Below are positions 30,301-39,142 of a stretch of DNA of 64,000 nt, piece after piece (position 1 is the first letter of the stretch; every line of letters begins with the position of its first letter). Both the position numbers and the translations under genes were made by a program. The notes beneath the pieces are model-generated. The model did not search any database. It had not been told where the DNA came from and saw nothing but the letters and a program-made list of their open reading frames with translations. Source of the stretch: Chloroflexota bacterium (GTDB taxonomy: Bacteria > Chloroflexota > UBA11872 > JBHOQS01); the NCBI GenBank assembly GCA_042408875.1, contig JBHOQS010000022.1:368424-432423 (forward strand). The letters run 5' to 3'.

Positions 30301-30374
30301 CGACGTTGCCGACTACTCAGGCAGTCGCTGCAGCGCTTGCGGTCCAACCGGACACTCCTTCGGCAGGCTCATGA
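27348..30374 (+). CDS. AfsR/SARP-family STAND regulator (OmpR-type wHTH + BTAD + NB-ARC ATPase + TPR)
   Basis: wHTH LRIQLLGGFRVWVGNRTIP...LKLLALAPGHQLHRDEVLELLWPE, BTAD helical region, Walker A GTGGCGKTRLALEVA, Walker B LLVLDNCEHL, C-terminal TPRs. Start uncertain (ATG 27348 or 27390). GTG 27156 rejected. Confidence 0.8.
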   Translation: MPSRASGDPTSSAAMSFSSASAQSVGDAHRSSQPPGLRIQLLGGFRVWVGNRTIPDQAWRPRATATVLKLLALAPGHQLHRDEVLELLWPETPVATAANRLHGILYTARRILEPDLPPRARSAYLRMEGEQVALCPGGALWTDVAAFETAAASAETSQEPATCMAAITLYGGELLPEDRYEEWAVRRREELHARYVALVRRLAELCQAQGDLAGTIAALERLIAAEPTDEPAHVALMRLYAATGRRTQALRLYNQFRETLQRELEVEPEAATQRLYEDILRGDIPSVQEVPAQGDWQAGRGVHPPAQRRHNLPVQLTSFIGREREIAEVTGLLTTSRLVTLTGTGGCGKTRLALEVAARVVDWFADGVWLVELAALTDGQLVVQAVASALGLRQQSGRPLVEILVDYAQPRHLLLVLDNCEHLVGACAALADLLLRDCPRLHILATSREPLGIAGETRWRVPSLDTPDPHTLPDGVDLPSLLAGYDAVRLFVDRARLSAPNFMLTPHNAAAVAQVCHRLDGLPLAIELAAARVNVLPVEQIAARLHDVFHLLGGGSRTALPRQQTLQAMMDWSYDLLSEKEQRLLRRLAVFADGATLEAAEAICTGNGIDAAEVLDLLAALVDKSLVIVEEHAGEARYRLLEIIRQYAAGKLQAAGEEAELRRRHRDWYLRLAERAEPESWGAAQRLWLERLELEHENLRAALAWSVADPQGAEAGLRLAAALWNFWWMRGYLSEGRRWLEQMLRRQEEAPLAARAKGLHASGVIAYALGDHATANQELEQSLALYQSLGDRRGIALNLTYLGMLARHRGEYARASTLLEKSATLLRGLGETWAMAVALNVLGDIAADQRDYATARAFYEQGLGLLRHVQDTWGIAFTLVHLGRVAYWQGEHRHAVLLCREALTLLQELGVPRGTAACLETLAGIAAARGQLDRATQLFGAAAALRRSLGTPSAPQERADNERVIAMLRAGLGAEAFAEAWAAGSTLPTTQAVAAALAVQPDTPSAGS

Positions 30375-30479
30375 CGTGGCTGGCCGACGGCTCCAGCCAG
30401 CTAGCCGGTACACGCAAGGCCGCGTAGAATAGCAGCGCAACGGTCTGGAGGAGCACGTTGGCGGGACGAGGCTAATTGG

Positions 30480-31589
30480 ATGAGCACCGCATGCTGTCGC
30501 TTGCCGCTGGTGGTCTGGATCGGGATCGTGCTGGCGTTCCTTGCTCCCGCCCTGGTCGTGCAGGCCGCGCCGGCGCGACAAGACGCCCTGCCGAAGGGTA
30601 GTGTGGTTATCCTGCAAGGCACGCCCCATTTATGGATCGCCGACGAGTAGGGCAACCTGCACTGGGCCGCTGGCGCGCGGGCCCTCATCGGCCGGGAAGT
30701 TGATTGGACCTCGCGACGTGAGGTCACCCTCGAGGTGCCCAGCGCCTGCCGCGGGGTGACCCGTGGCTGCCGGCCGGCCTCCTGCGAGAGGGCGACTCCT
30801 TGTACCTGGTTACGTGGAATACCGAGGATCCGGTGCCGCTCCTCCAGCTCATCCAGTCGCTCCAAGAGGTCGACCTCTTGGGCATCAACGCAGCGAACCT
30901 CAGCGCGTCCACGCTGGACTGCGCTGACTGGGAGCAGCGCTATGGCATCGAGGCCGGCTCGCTCCCACGGGCGGCTCTAGCGCCCGTCCCAGCACTGGAG
31001 GAGCCGAGCCCGGCCCTGCCGGCGGGGCCGGTGCTTCTCGCGGAGAGCTTCGATGACTCCGCCCGAGGGGCGCTGCCCCAGAGTTCGTCGGCGCCTGCCC
31101 TCTGGCTAGTAGGCTAGCAAAACGGGGAGTACGTGGTCAGCAGCATCGATCCCTTTCGCAGCGGTGCGCTGGGTGTCAGGCTCCCGAACATATACACGGA
31201 CGTGACGCTGGCGGTAGACGCCCGGCTCACCGCGGGACTGCGCGCCGGTTACGTTGCCATCGCCTGCCGCGCTGGGGCCGGCCACTACCACCTCACGGTC
31301 CATCCAGACTCCCGTTCCTTCGCGCTCGCTCGCTGGGACGGTGGAACTCGTGTCGCGCTGGTCGACTGGCGGGTCTCCCCGGCGATTAAAGAGTGGTTGC
31401 AGACGAACCGTCTTGCGCTGAGCTACGTCGGGAGTACGATTACCGCCCGCGTGAACGGGGTGCTGGTCGCTTCGGTGCAGGACAGCACTTACCGTGAGGG
31501 CGCGCTCTGGATCGGCGCCGGCGCCTTTTCGGGAGGCACGGGAGTTGATCTCAGCCCGGTTCGACAACCTGCTCGTCACCCGGCTCTGA
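30480..31589 (+). pseudogene. Decayed secreted DUF1080-like (3-keto-disaccharide hydrolase / LamG-jellyroll-like) gene: two in-frame TAG codons and two frameshifts
   Basis: The signal-peptide ORF (MSTACCRLPLVVWIGIVLAFLAPALVVQAAPA) stops at TAG 30648-50. Protein-like reading resumes in a second frame from about 30770. A TAG at 31115-17 interrupts WLVG*QNGEY, and 31133+ continues in the same frame. The canonical C-terminus ARFDNLLVTRL* is again in a different frame, ending 31589. Confidence 0.6.
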
Positions 31590-31601
31590 GGGAAGGCACT
31601 T

Positions 31602-32255
31602 GTGGCTGAGCCATGGGCGGTTCGGTGGCTGGCAACACATGTCGCCTTGCTGGTGCAAGGCTACGCGATCCAGCTCTCGGATGGCTGGCGCGCTAGCTCA
31701 AGCGTGGTGCTGGCGCGCACCTCGGTTGGCTGGCATCTCTTTGATCCCGGCCTCAACCGGGCCGCGCTGCTCAAGAGTCTGGTTGCTATAGGGGTCAAAC
31801 GCCGAGAGATCGCCACTGTGTGCCTGACGCACTACCACCTTGACCATACGTATCTCACTGCCCTCTTCCCGCAGGCGACCATCGTGGATCGGTTCTACGA
31901 GTACCGTCGTGACCGGCTCCGGGAGCATCTGGGCCAGATCGCAGATGGGGCGATCCGGGTGCTGTCTACGCCTGGACACTGCCCGGAGCACTGCTCGTTT
32001 TTCGTGCAGCCGCACACGCTCGACGACGAGCCCGTCGTCGTGGCCGGGGATGTCTTCTGGTGGCCTGAAGAGGTGCCACAGCAGGTGGACCTCGAGGCAC
32101 CGGACCCTCTGGCGACCGACCATGCCGCGCTGGTCGCGAGCCGCCGTCGCGTCCTTGAGGCCGCTCGTGGCGGGTGGATCGTCCCGGGGCATGGCGTGCC
32201 GTTTCGCAGCAATAGGGGAGCTGGCACGCCGTTGCCACCGCCCATGGCGCGCTGA
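31602..32255 (+). CDS. MBL-fold metallo-hydrolase
   Basis: HxHxDH motif LTHYHLDHT and downstream His/Asp ligands. GTG start. Confidence 0.7.
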   Translation: MAEPWAVRWLATHVALLVQGYAIQLSDGWRASSSVVLARTSVGWHLFDPGLNRAALLKSLVAIGVKRREIATVCLTHYHLDHTYLTALFPQATIVDRFYEYRRDRLREHLGQIADGAIRVLSTPGHCPEHCSFFVQPHTLDDEPVVVAGDVFWWPEEVPQQVDLEAPDPLATDHAALVASRRRVLEAARGGWIVPGHGVPFRSNRGAGTPLPPPMAR

Positions 32256-32267
32256 CCGAGGGGGCGT

Positions 32268-32297
32268 TTGCCTGGGCTCGCTACTGCCTGGTATAAT
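32268..32297 (+). promoter_or_regulatory. Promoter of tRNA-Pro (TTGCCT - 18 nt - TATAAT)
   Basis: Consensus -10 TATAAT at 32292-32297, about 38 nt upstream of the tRNA 5' end. Confidence 0.45.
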
Positions 32298-32334
32298 CGA
32301 CTGTGCTGCAGCCGGATGCCGTGGGGCAGCACAG

Positions 32335-32410
<76 letters not shown>

Positions 32411-32420
32411 TGCGCTGGTG

Positions 32421-32470
32421 GAGCATCGGGACTATGACAAGTACGTCCCGATGCTCTATGTTTTTATTTT
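32421..32470 (+). terminator. Rho-independent terminator of the tRNA-Pro gene
   Basis: 12-bp perfect stem gagcatcgggac / gtcccgatgctc followed by tatgtttttatttt. Confidence 0.7.
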
Positions 32471-32673
32471 GACCGCATCTAGCCGGTGATTCACCAGGGC
32501 CACTTTACTCTCACTCTCAGAAAGATTCCCTCTGTCGCGATGGCCTGAAAGAGGCTTGATTCTGTGACCGATCCACCCGGGTACGATGACGAGAAGATCA
32601 GTGCCTGGCTCTCGCTCTGCTCCCCGAGGGTTAGGATCCGAAGAGCGGAACTACAATAGAGTACAATAGAGAT

Positions 32674-33681
32674 TTATGCGTGCTTCCGGCGCTCCCACGC
32701 CTCCGGGTTGACCAGGTGCGGGGGGCGCTCGCCGCGCAGGGCAGCCAGCAGGTTGCGCGCTGCCATTTCAGACATTTTCGCACGTGTCGCGACGCTGGCG
32801 CTGGCGATGTGCGGCACAATGATCACGTTTGGACGGTCGAGCAGAGGGCTGTCTAAGGGTATGGGCTCGGGATCGGTGACGTCGAGCGCGGCCCCGCCGA
32901 TCCATCCCTCATCCAGCGCGCGCACCAGCGCCGCCTGATCAACGATGCCCCCACGCGCGGTGTTCACCAGGATGGCATTGCGCTTCATCAGCCGGAGTTC
33001 CCGTTCGCCGATGAAGTGACGCGTCTCGGCGTTCAGCGGGAGGTGCAACGACACGTAATCGCTCTGGCTCAGGAGCTCCTCGAGCGAGACGCGCTGAGCG
33101 CCGGTCGCCTGTTCAACCTCTGGCTTTGCCGTGCGACTGACGTACAAGATGCGCATGTCAAATCCTCGAGCGCGTTTGGCTACCTCGCGGCCGATCGCCC
33201 CCATGCCCACGATGCCGAGCGTGCGATGGTGCACATCCTGGCCGACGAGCAGGCTGGGCAGCCAGTGCTTCCACTTGCCGGCGTGCACATACTGGTGCCC
33301 CTCCACGATGCGGCGCGCCGCAGCCATCAGCAGGGCGAAGGTGTGGTCGGCGCACGTCTCAGCCAGGATGCCAGGTGTATTGCACACCAGGATGCCGCGC
33401 CGCGTTGCCTCGGCGACATCCACGTTGTCGTAGCCGACGCCGAAGTTGCTGATGACGCGCAGGCGCGGGGCAGCATCCATCGCCTCACGGTCCAGACGCT
33501 CCGTAGTATTGGAGACCATGACACCCTCGACATCGGCGATTGCGCGCAGGAACTCCTCACGTGGCAGGAGCTCCTCGCCCTCCCGAATAACCGCGTCGCA
33601 TTCCGCCTCGATCATCTCAGGACCGGGCGAAGGGAAATGCCAGGAGACGAACACTTTCGGTCGTGCTGCGGGTTGCGCCAT
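32674..33681 (-). CDS. D-isomer-specific 2-hydroxyacid dehydrogenase (glyoxylate/hydroxypyruvate reductase-like)
   Basis: NAD-binding GxGxxG (LGIVGMGAIGREVAKRA) and catalytic R/E/H pattern. ATG at 33681 preceded by AGGTGGA. The longer track ORF is rejected. Confidence 0.85.
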   Translation of the reverse strand: MAQPAARPKVFVSWHFPSPGPEMIEAECDAVIREGEELLPREEFLRAIADVEGVMVSNTTERLDREAMDAAPRLRVISNFGVGYDNVDVAEATRRGILVCNTPGILAETCADHTFALLMAAARRIVEGHQYVHAGKWKHWLPSLLVGQDVHHRTLGIVGMGAIGREVAKRARGFDMRILYVSRTAKPEVEQATGAQRVSLEELLSQSDYVSLHLPLNAETRHFIGERELRLMKRNAILVNTARGGIVDQAALVRALDEGWIGGAALDVTDPEPIPLDSPLLDRPNVIIVPHIASASVATRAKMSEMAARNLLAALRGERPPHLVNPEAWERRKHA

Positions 33682-33918
33682 CGGTCGTTCCACCTGCGGC
33701 AAGAGTGAAGAGTAGCGTAAGTAGAGTAATGAGCTGGCTGGCCTGATAGTAGGCACGGGCTGGCCCGCTGTCAACCGGCGGCGCATCCGCACACAACAGG
33801 CCAGTGCGCGGATGCGGTCGAGAGACGATCGGGCCAGCCGGGCCGGTGCGACTGGCTGCGCAAGCAGGTCCTTACGGCCCTAGTGAGACGGGGTTCCCTG
33901 CCGTAGGATAGGCGTGCT

Positions 33919-34719
33919 GTGATACCGCTGCGCCGAAATCCGCTGCCACGTTGTGCCGGGGGACGTGTCCTACGCGCCCCGGCCGGCCTGTTCCTCCTGC
34001 TGCTGGCGCTTACTCAGACGAGCTGCACGGTGGGTGCTGAGCAGACAGCGGGCTCGCTGCGAGTAAGCGTCGGGCCCTCGGCCCAGCCCGGTGACCTCGC
34101 GCTGGGACTGCAACTGCTGGTGCTACTGACCGTGCTGAGCCTCGCGCCAGCAATTCTCACCCTGATGACCTCCTTCGTGCGTATTGTGATCGTGCTGTCG
34201 TTCGCACGCACGGCCATCGGGGTGCCGCAGTTGCCGCCGAACCAGGTTCTGCTGGGGCTGGCGCTCTTCCTGACTGCGTTCATTATGGCTCCGGTGTGGC
34301 AGCAGGTGAATGATACGGCAGTACAGCCCTACCTGCGGAACGAGCTGCCGCTGAGCGAGGCGTTCGAGCGCGGCATGGAGCCGGTACGTGAGTTCATGTT
34401 GCGGCAGACCCGAGAGAAGGACCTGGCGCTGTTCGTCAGCCTGGCAAAGCTGCCCCGGCCGCGCAATCCATCGGAGATCCCGACGCACATCCTGGTGCCT
34501 GCGTTCGCCATCAGTGAGCTGAAGACAGCATTTCAGATGGGCTTCATCATCCTGGTGCCCTTCCTGATCATCGACATGGTCGTCTCCAGTACGCTGATGA
34601 GCATGGGAATGCTGATGCTCCCTCCCGTGACGATCTCCCTGCCATTTAAGATCCTGTTGTTCGTCATGGTTGACGGCTGGCACCTGATCGTGCTGAACCT
34701 GGTGGCGAGCTTCAGCTAG
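33919..34719 (+). CDS. fliP: FliP/SctR-family type III export-apparatus protein, isolated with no other flagellar or T3SS genes in the window
   Basis: Full-length FliP signatures: signal-like N-terminus, LLTVLSLAPAILTLMTSFVRIVIVLSFARTAIG...PPNQVLLGLALFLTAFIMAPV, and GFIILVPFLIIDMVVSSTLMSMGMLMLPP. Confidence 0.8.
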   Translation: MIPLRRNPLPRCAGGRVLRAPAGLFLLLLALTQTSCTVGAEQTAGSLRVSVGPSAQPGDLALGLQLLVLLTVLSLAPAILTLMTSFVRIVIVLSFARTAIGVPQLPPNQVLLGLALFLTAFIMAPVWQQVNDTAVQPYLRNELPLSEAFERGMEPVREFMLRQTREKDLALFVSLAKLPRPRNPSEIPTHILVPAFAISELKTAFQMGFIILVPFLIIDMVVSSTLMSMGMLMLPPVTISLPFKILLFVMVDGWHLIVLNLVASFS

Positions 34720-34872
34720 GCGCCGGCCTTGCCGGTGCAGGCTCAGGCGCAGTCTATGGTAAACTCACCTACGTGCGGTAGGCGGTTCTCCTCTCGACAC
34801 CGGCCGGCGCGTACCGTAAGCTGAGGCAGAGCGTATCGCTCACCTGCAACGAGCCTGCGCAGGAACCACACA

Positions 34873-35442
34873 GTGCCGCGACATCGCTTAGGGCTGCACG
34901 CACGCTACGCGCGTCGGGAATTGCTGGTGCTGCCGCTCGCCGGGGCGCTAGCGGCTGGATGTGGTAAGGCGCGCCCGCTTACGGCCAGGGCGAACGAACA
35001 AGGGAACGGACTCGAGGCCGAGTATTGGGATAATGCGGAGTGGAGCGGTGAGCCACGCATCAAGCGTGTCGATCCGCTCCTCGATTTCACCTGGTCGCGC
35101 TCCCCTATCAACGGCGGGCGGCCCGTGCTGTTCAGCATTCGCTGGCGCGGCTTTCTCCGTATCCCGAATGAGGAGCCGGGCTACTACGTGCTGACGCTGC
35201 TGTCCGACGATGGTTCCTGGCTCGACCTTGACGGGACGACGATTATCGACAACGGCGGTATCCACTACCCGGAGGCGCGCAGCAAACGCCTGGCGCTCAC
35301 GATTGGCTGGCACCAGATCGAGATCCGCTATTTCGCCGGGCCGGATCCCCCGGCGATGCTGCGCTTTTCATGGGAGACACCATCGGGCCGCCGGGAGGTA
35401 GTCCCACAAGCAGCGCTCTATACCCGCCGGCCGCAGTTCTAA
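34873..35442 (+). CDS. PA14-domain lipoprotein
   Basis: Lipobox LAAGC. PA14 pattern (EAEYWDNAEWSGEP...LDFTWS...FSIRWRGFL...GYYVLTLLSDDGSWLDLDG). GTG start. Confidence 0.65.
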   Translation: MPRHRLGLHARYARRELLVLPLAGALAAGCGKARPLTARANEQGNGLEAEYWDNAEWSGEPRIKRVDPLLDFTWSRSPINGGRPVLFSIRWRGFLRIPNEEPGYYVLTLLSDDGSWLDLDGTTIIDNGGIHYPEARSKRLALTIGWHQIEIRYFAGPDPPAMLRFSWETPSGRREVVPQAALYTRRPQF

Positions 35443-35840
35443 GCGGAAGGCTCATGCGGACGCCTGATGTACAGCAGGACAGCCCGCAGCAGTTCAGCGC
35501 TGTCGAACGGCTTCTGAAACCACGCTACTACGCCGCGGGGGAGTATTCCTGGACTGGGCGCTGTGGACAGTACGATAATAGCCGGGGCAGGGGCGGCTGG
35601 TGGGAGTAAGAGCGCCTGAAGGACCGCGTTGGGGCCCTCCCCGGAGGGCCGCCAGTCGAGCAGTAGCACCTCCGGCTGCGTTGTGCGCAACGCAGCGCGT
35701 GCTGCACCGACTGTCTCGGTCGCGCCAGTTATGAGCGCATGCTCCTCGAGCAGTTCTCGCAGGAACTGCCGCGTTGCCGGGTCTCGCTCGATGATCAAGA
35801 CGGTGCCATGCGAGCCCTCGGCTGGCCCAGCACGCCCCAT
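35439..35840 (-). CDS. Stand-alone response-regulator receiver domain protein
   Basis: CheY-like fold with conserved Asp pocket (VLLLDW...) and no output domain. Confidence 0.6.
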   Translation of the reverse strand: MGRAGPAEGSHGTVLIIERDPATRQFLRELLEEHALITGATETVGAARAALRTTQPEVLLLDWRPSGEGPNAVLQALLLPPAAPAPAIIVLSTAPSPGILPRGVVAWFQKPFDSAELLRAVLLYIRRPHEPSA

Positions 35841-36227
35841 CGTCTATGTCCCTTCAGGAATCTGTCGTGCTATCTGGAGCGCCGTATCTCCAGCAGCCGC
35901 GTACGCTCCGGGTAGACTGGTTGCCACCCGTGCTTCCAGCCCGTACCTTAGCATGGCGTCTAAGAGGTCCCCCAAATAGGCTATGACTTTCAGGCTAGCG
36001 AATAGGCGCGTGCCAGCATCTCGGTACATACTCGCCAGCATGCGTTCTATAACTATTGTATTCGCGCTGCTATTTTGCGGTTGACGCGTACAAGTGCTCC
36101 AAGTACAGTATGTGACATAGGGTAGCAGAGCCGGATGGACCCCTGCCGCGAGTGCATGGGCAGGCGGGGCGGTGTGCCGGTCAGGGCGAGCCGGCGGCGC
36201 AGTCCCCGAAAATGGAGTTGTGGCAAC

Positions 36228-37412
36228 ATGGAGGGCTCCTTCCGTCTCGGCCGCATCGCTGGCATCGACGTCTCGATCCATGCGAGCTGGCTGGTGGTCT
36301 TCGGCCTAGTGGTGTGGTCGTTGGCCTCCGGCTATTTGCCGGGGCTGTACCCCGGCTGGGCTCCGGCGACGTATCTCCTGACGGCCATCGTTGCCGCGCT
36401 GCTGCTGTTCGCCTCTGTGCTGGCCCATGAGCTTAGCCACTCCGTCGTGGCGCGGGCACGCGGCCTGCCGGTGCGCGGGATCACGCTCTTCATCTTCGGC
36501 GGTGTGGCGAATATCGGGCAAGAGGCTTCTCGCCCGCTCGATGAGTTCCTCATGGCTGTTGTTGGCCCGCTCTCCAGCCTCGTGCTGGCCGCCCTGTTCT
36601 GGGCGGCCAGTGTACTGGCGCGCCCCCTGGCGACAACGCCTGCGCATGCCATCTTGGTCTACCTAGCCACGCTGAATACCGCCCTGGCGCTCTTTAACCT
36701 CCTGCCGGGCTTCCCGCTCGATGGGGGGCGGGTCTTACGCTCCATCGTGTGGGGAGTCACCGCTGATGTTCGCCGCGCCACGCAGATCGCTGCTATGACC
36801 GGGAACGCCGTCGCCTACCTGTTCATTCTGGGCGGGCTGTGGATCGCCTTTGTGCGCGGTGATTTCTTCAACGGCATCTGGCTGGCGTTCATTGGCTGGT
36901 TCTTGAACAATGCAGCAGATGCCAGCCGCCGCCAGGTCGAGATGCAGTATCGTCTGGCCGGCGTGCGGGTCGGTGACATTATGAATCCCGCTCCGGTGGT
37001 GGTGGCGCCTGAGGTGACCCTGCGTGACCTGGTCAACGACTACGTGCTACGCCGCGGTGTGCGTGCGTTGCCGGTCGTTGAGGGTGACCGCCTGGTGGGG
37101 ATCATTACCCTGAGCGACATCAAAGAGGTCCCTCAGGATCAGTGGCCGACAACGACTGTGGGGGAGGTGGTGCGGCGGCGGACCAGTCTGGTCGTGGCCA
37201 CGCCACGCCAGGACCTTGCCTCGGCGATCAATGCGCTGGCCGAGGGAGATCTCAACCAGTTGCCGGTGGTCGAGGATGGACGCCTGGTAGGCCTGCTCAC
37301 GCGAAGCGACATCATCCGGTATTTCCAGGTACGCGAGCTCCTGGGCCTGGACACGCCACCACGGCGTGGAGGAGCACCGCCGCGCGAGCCGGGCGAGCGC
37401 CGGGCGGTGTAA
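36228..37412 (+). CDS. Site-2 protease family (M50) metalloprotease with tandem CBS domains
   Basis: HExxH (LAHELSHSVVA) within TM helices, then two CBS domains. ATG at 36228 with GGAG. Track N-terminal extension rejected. Confidence 0.8.
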   Translation: MEGSFRLGRIAGIDVSIHASWLVVFGLVVWSLASGYLPGLYPGWAPATYLLTAIVAALLLFASVLAHELSHSVVARARGLPVRGITLFIFGGVANIGQEASRPLDEFLMAVVGPLSSLVLAALFWAASVLARPLATTPAHAILVYLATLNTALALFNLLPGFPLDGGRVLRSIVWGVTADVRRATQIAAMTGNAVAYLFILGGLWIAFVRGDFFNGIWLAFIGWFLNNAADASRRQVEMQYRLAGVRVGDIMNPAPVVVAPEVTLRDLVNDYVLRRGVRALPVVEGDRLVGIITLSDIKEVPQDQWPTTTVGEVVRRRTSLVVATPRQDLASAINALAEGDLNQLPVVEDGRLVGLLTRSDIIRYFQVRELLGLDTPPRRGGAPPREPGERRAV

Positions 37413-37544
37413 GGCCTGGAAGCCTTGTAAGCTTTGTGAGGCCTGGAAGTCCGAATAGAAACACGAATAGAAACCACCCAATCAACACCAACGTTGATGC
37501 CCAGAATACTGCACATCAGGCAGATACATTAGGTAAAGAGCCGT

Positions 37545-38675
37545 ATGCCACGGTCCCTGTGGGCTGCCCTGGCGCTCGCGCTGGTCGCGCTCGTCTCCGG
37601 CTGGCTGCGCCTCCCTCAGCCGCTAGTCTTCACGCTCTGCGCCGCGGCGATTCTTCCCCTCTCTGCCGTTATCGGCCGGGCTACCGAAGACCTGGCCGAC
37701 CACATGGGGCCGCGCTTCGGCGGACTGCTGAACGCTACCTTTGGCAACGCTGCGGAACTGATCATTACGATCTTCGCTCTCAAGGCCGGGCTGGTCACGC
37801 TGGTGAAGGCGTCGATCACCGGCTCGATCATTGGCAACGCCCTGCTGGTCCTGGGCCTGGCGGCGCTCGTGGGCGGCTGGCGGCACGGAGTGCAGACATT
37901 CGATGCCCGCGAGGCAGGGCGCCACAGCACGATGATGATCCTTGCTATCATCGGGCTTTACCTGCCGGCTGGCTTCGCCACTATCATGCGCGACGCTGTG
38001 GTAGTAGAAGAATTGAGCATCCTGGTCGCGGTGGTGCTGTGGCTCACCTACGCCGCGTACGTGGCATACGGGATCTTCATGCCGGCAGGCGGCCCGCGCC
38101 TGGTGGTGGCCGAGCCCCGCCCTGTGGCCGAAGATGCACGGCCCGCCGGTAAAATCAAGCCAGCAGCCCGGGGCATGTCTCCGCAGGTGGCCGGCCATCA
38201 TGCGCCGTGGAGCGTACGGATAGCTCTAGCTGTGCTGGTAGGAGCAACGGTGCTGACCGCGCTGGTGAGCGAACTGCTGGTACGCACGGTTGAGCCTGTG
38301 ACGCACGCGCTCGGCTGGACGGAGCTCTTTGTCGGCGTGATCCTCGTGCCGATGATTGGCAACGTTGCCGAGCACTTCGGTGCGGTGATCGTGGCCTGGA
38401 AGAATAACATGGACCTGTCGCTCGCCATTGCCGCTGGCTCATCCACCCAGATCGCGCTCTTCGTCGCGCCGCTGCTGGTGCTGGTGAGCCTGGCGCTGGG
38501 CCATCCCATGGACCTGGTGTTCGTCCCGATGGAACTGCTGGTGCTGGGCCTGGCGACGGCGATCTTCGCCTATATCAGCCAGGACGGTGAGTCGACCTGG
38601 CTTGAAGGAGTACAACTGCTGGCAGTCTATCTCATGGCTGGCCTGGTTTTTTATCTCCTGCCGACCCAGGGCTGA
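37545..38675 (+). CDS. Ca2+/cation:H+ antiporter (CaCA family, ChaA-like)
   Basis: Two alpha-repeats with GNAAE / GNVAEH motifs, about 11 TM helices. Confidence 0.85.
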   Translation: MPRSLWAALALALVALVSGWLRLPQPLVFTLCAAAILPLSAVIGRATEDLADHMGPRFGGLLNATFGNAAELIITIFALKAGLVTLVKASITGSIIGNALLVLGLAALVGGWRHGVQTFDAREAGRHSTMMILAIIGLYLPAGFATIMRDAVVVEELSILVAVVLWLTYAAYVAYGIFMPAGGPRLVVAEPRPVAEDARPAGKIKPAARGMSPQVAGHHAPWSVRIALAVLVGATVLTALVSELLVRTVEPVTHALGWTELFVGVILVPMIGNVAEHFGAVIVAWKNNMDLSLAIAAGSSTQIALFVAPLLVLVSLALGHPMDLVFVPMELLVLGLATAIFAYISQDGESTWLEGVQLLAVYLMAGLVFYLLPTQG

Positions 38676-38707
38676 GCGGTACAACATGGGAGCGAGGAGG
38701 TACAGGC

Positions 38708-39142
38708 ATGACTGCAGCCCGACGGCCTACGGTCCTGGTCGTAGACGATGAGCAAGAGAATCTGGCTGTCATGTGCGATATCCTCCGCGAGGTCGTCGGG
38801 GCTGTGCCAATTGCTGCTGCGTCGGCGACGGAGGGGCTGGAGCTGGCACGGCAGCACCAGCCCGACCTGATCCTGATGGACCTCTTGCTCCCAGACATGG
38901 AAGGCCTGGGAGCGGTGGCTCGGTTGAAGCAAGACCCTGCTACCGCGTCGATCCCGGTTGTTGCGGTGAGCGCCCTGGTTAGCCGCGCGGATCGCGACCA
39001 GGCGCTCGCGGCGGGGTGCGTGGATTATGTGGGCAAACCGTTCGATCTCGATGAGCTTGTGGAGACGGTCAGACGGCACCTCGCCCCGGCAGGATCAGGC
39101 CCGAGGGCGTCCGGCGCGGCAGATTCGCACGAGCCTGCGTGA
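38708..39142 (+). CDS. Stand-alone response-regulator receiver domain protein
   Basis: VLVVDDEQENL...LILMDLLLPDMEG...VVAVSA...KPFD is a canonical CheY fold. Confidence 0.75.
   Translation: MTAARRPTVLVVDDEQENLAVMCDILREVVGAVPIAAASATEGLELARQHQPDLILMDLLLPDMEGLGAVARLKQDPATASIPVVAVSALVSRADRDQALAAGCVDYVGKPFDLDELVETVRRHLAPAGSGPRASGAADSHEPA

Noticed and set aside
35844-36281. 145-aa minus-strand ORF between the receiver gene and the S2P gene
   Set aside because: Its N-terminal two-thirds overlap the S2P start region and are not protein-like. Only the last ~65 aa (ATG 36041) could be a real small ORF, but it lacks an RBS. Left uncalled.
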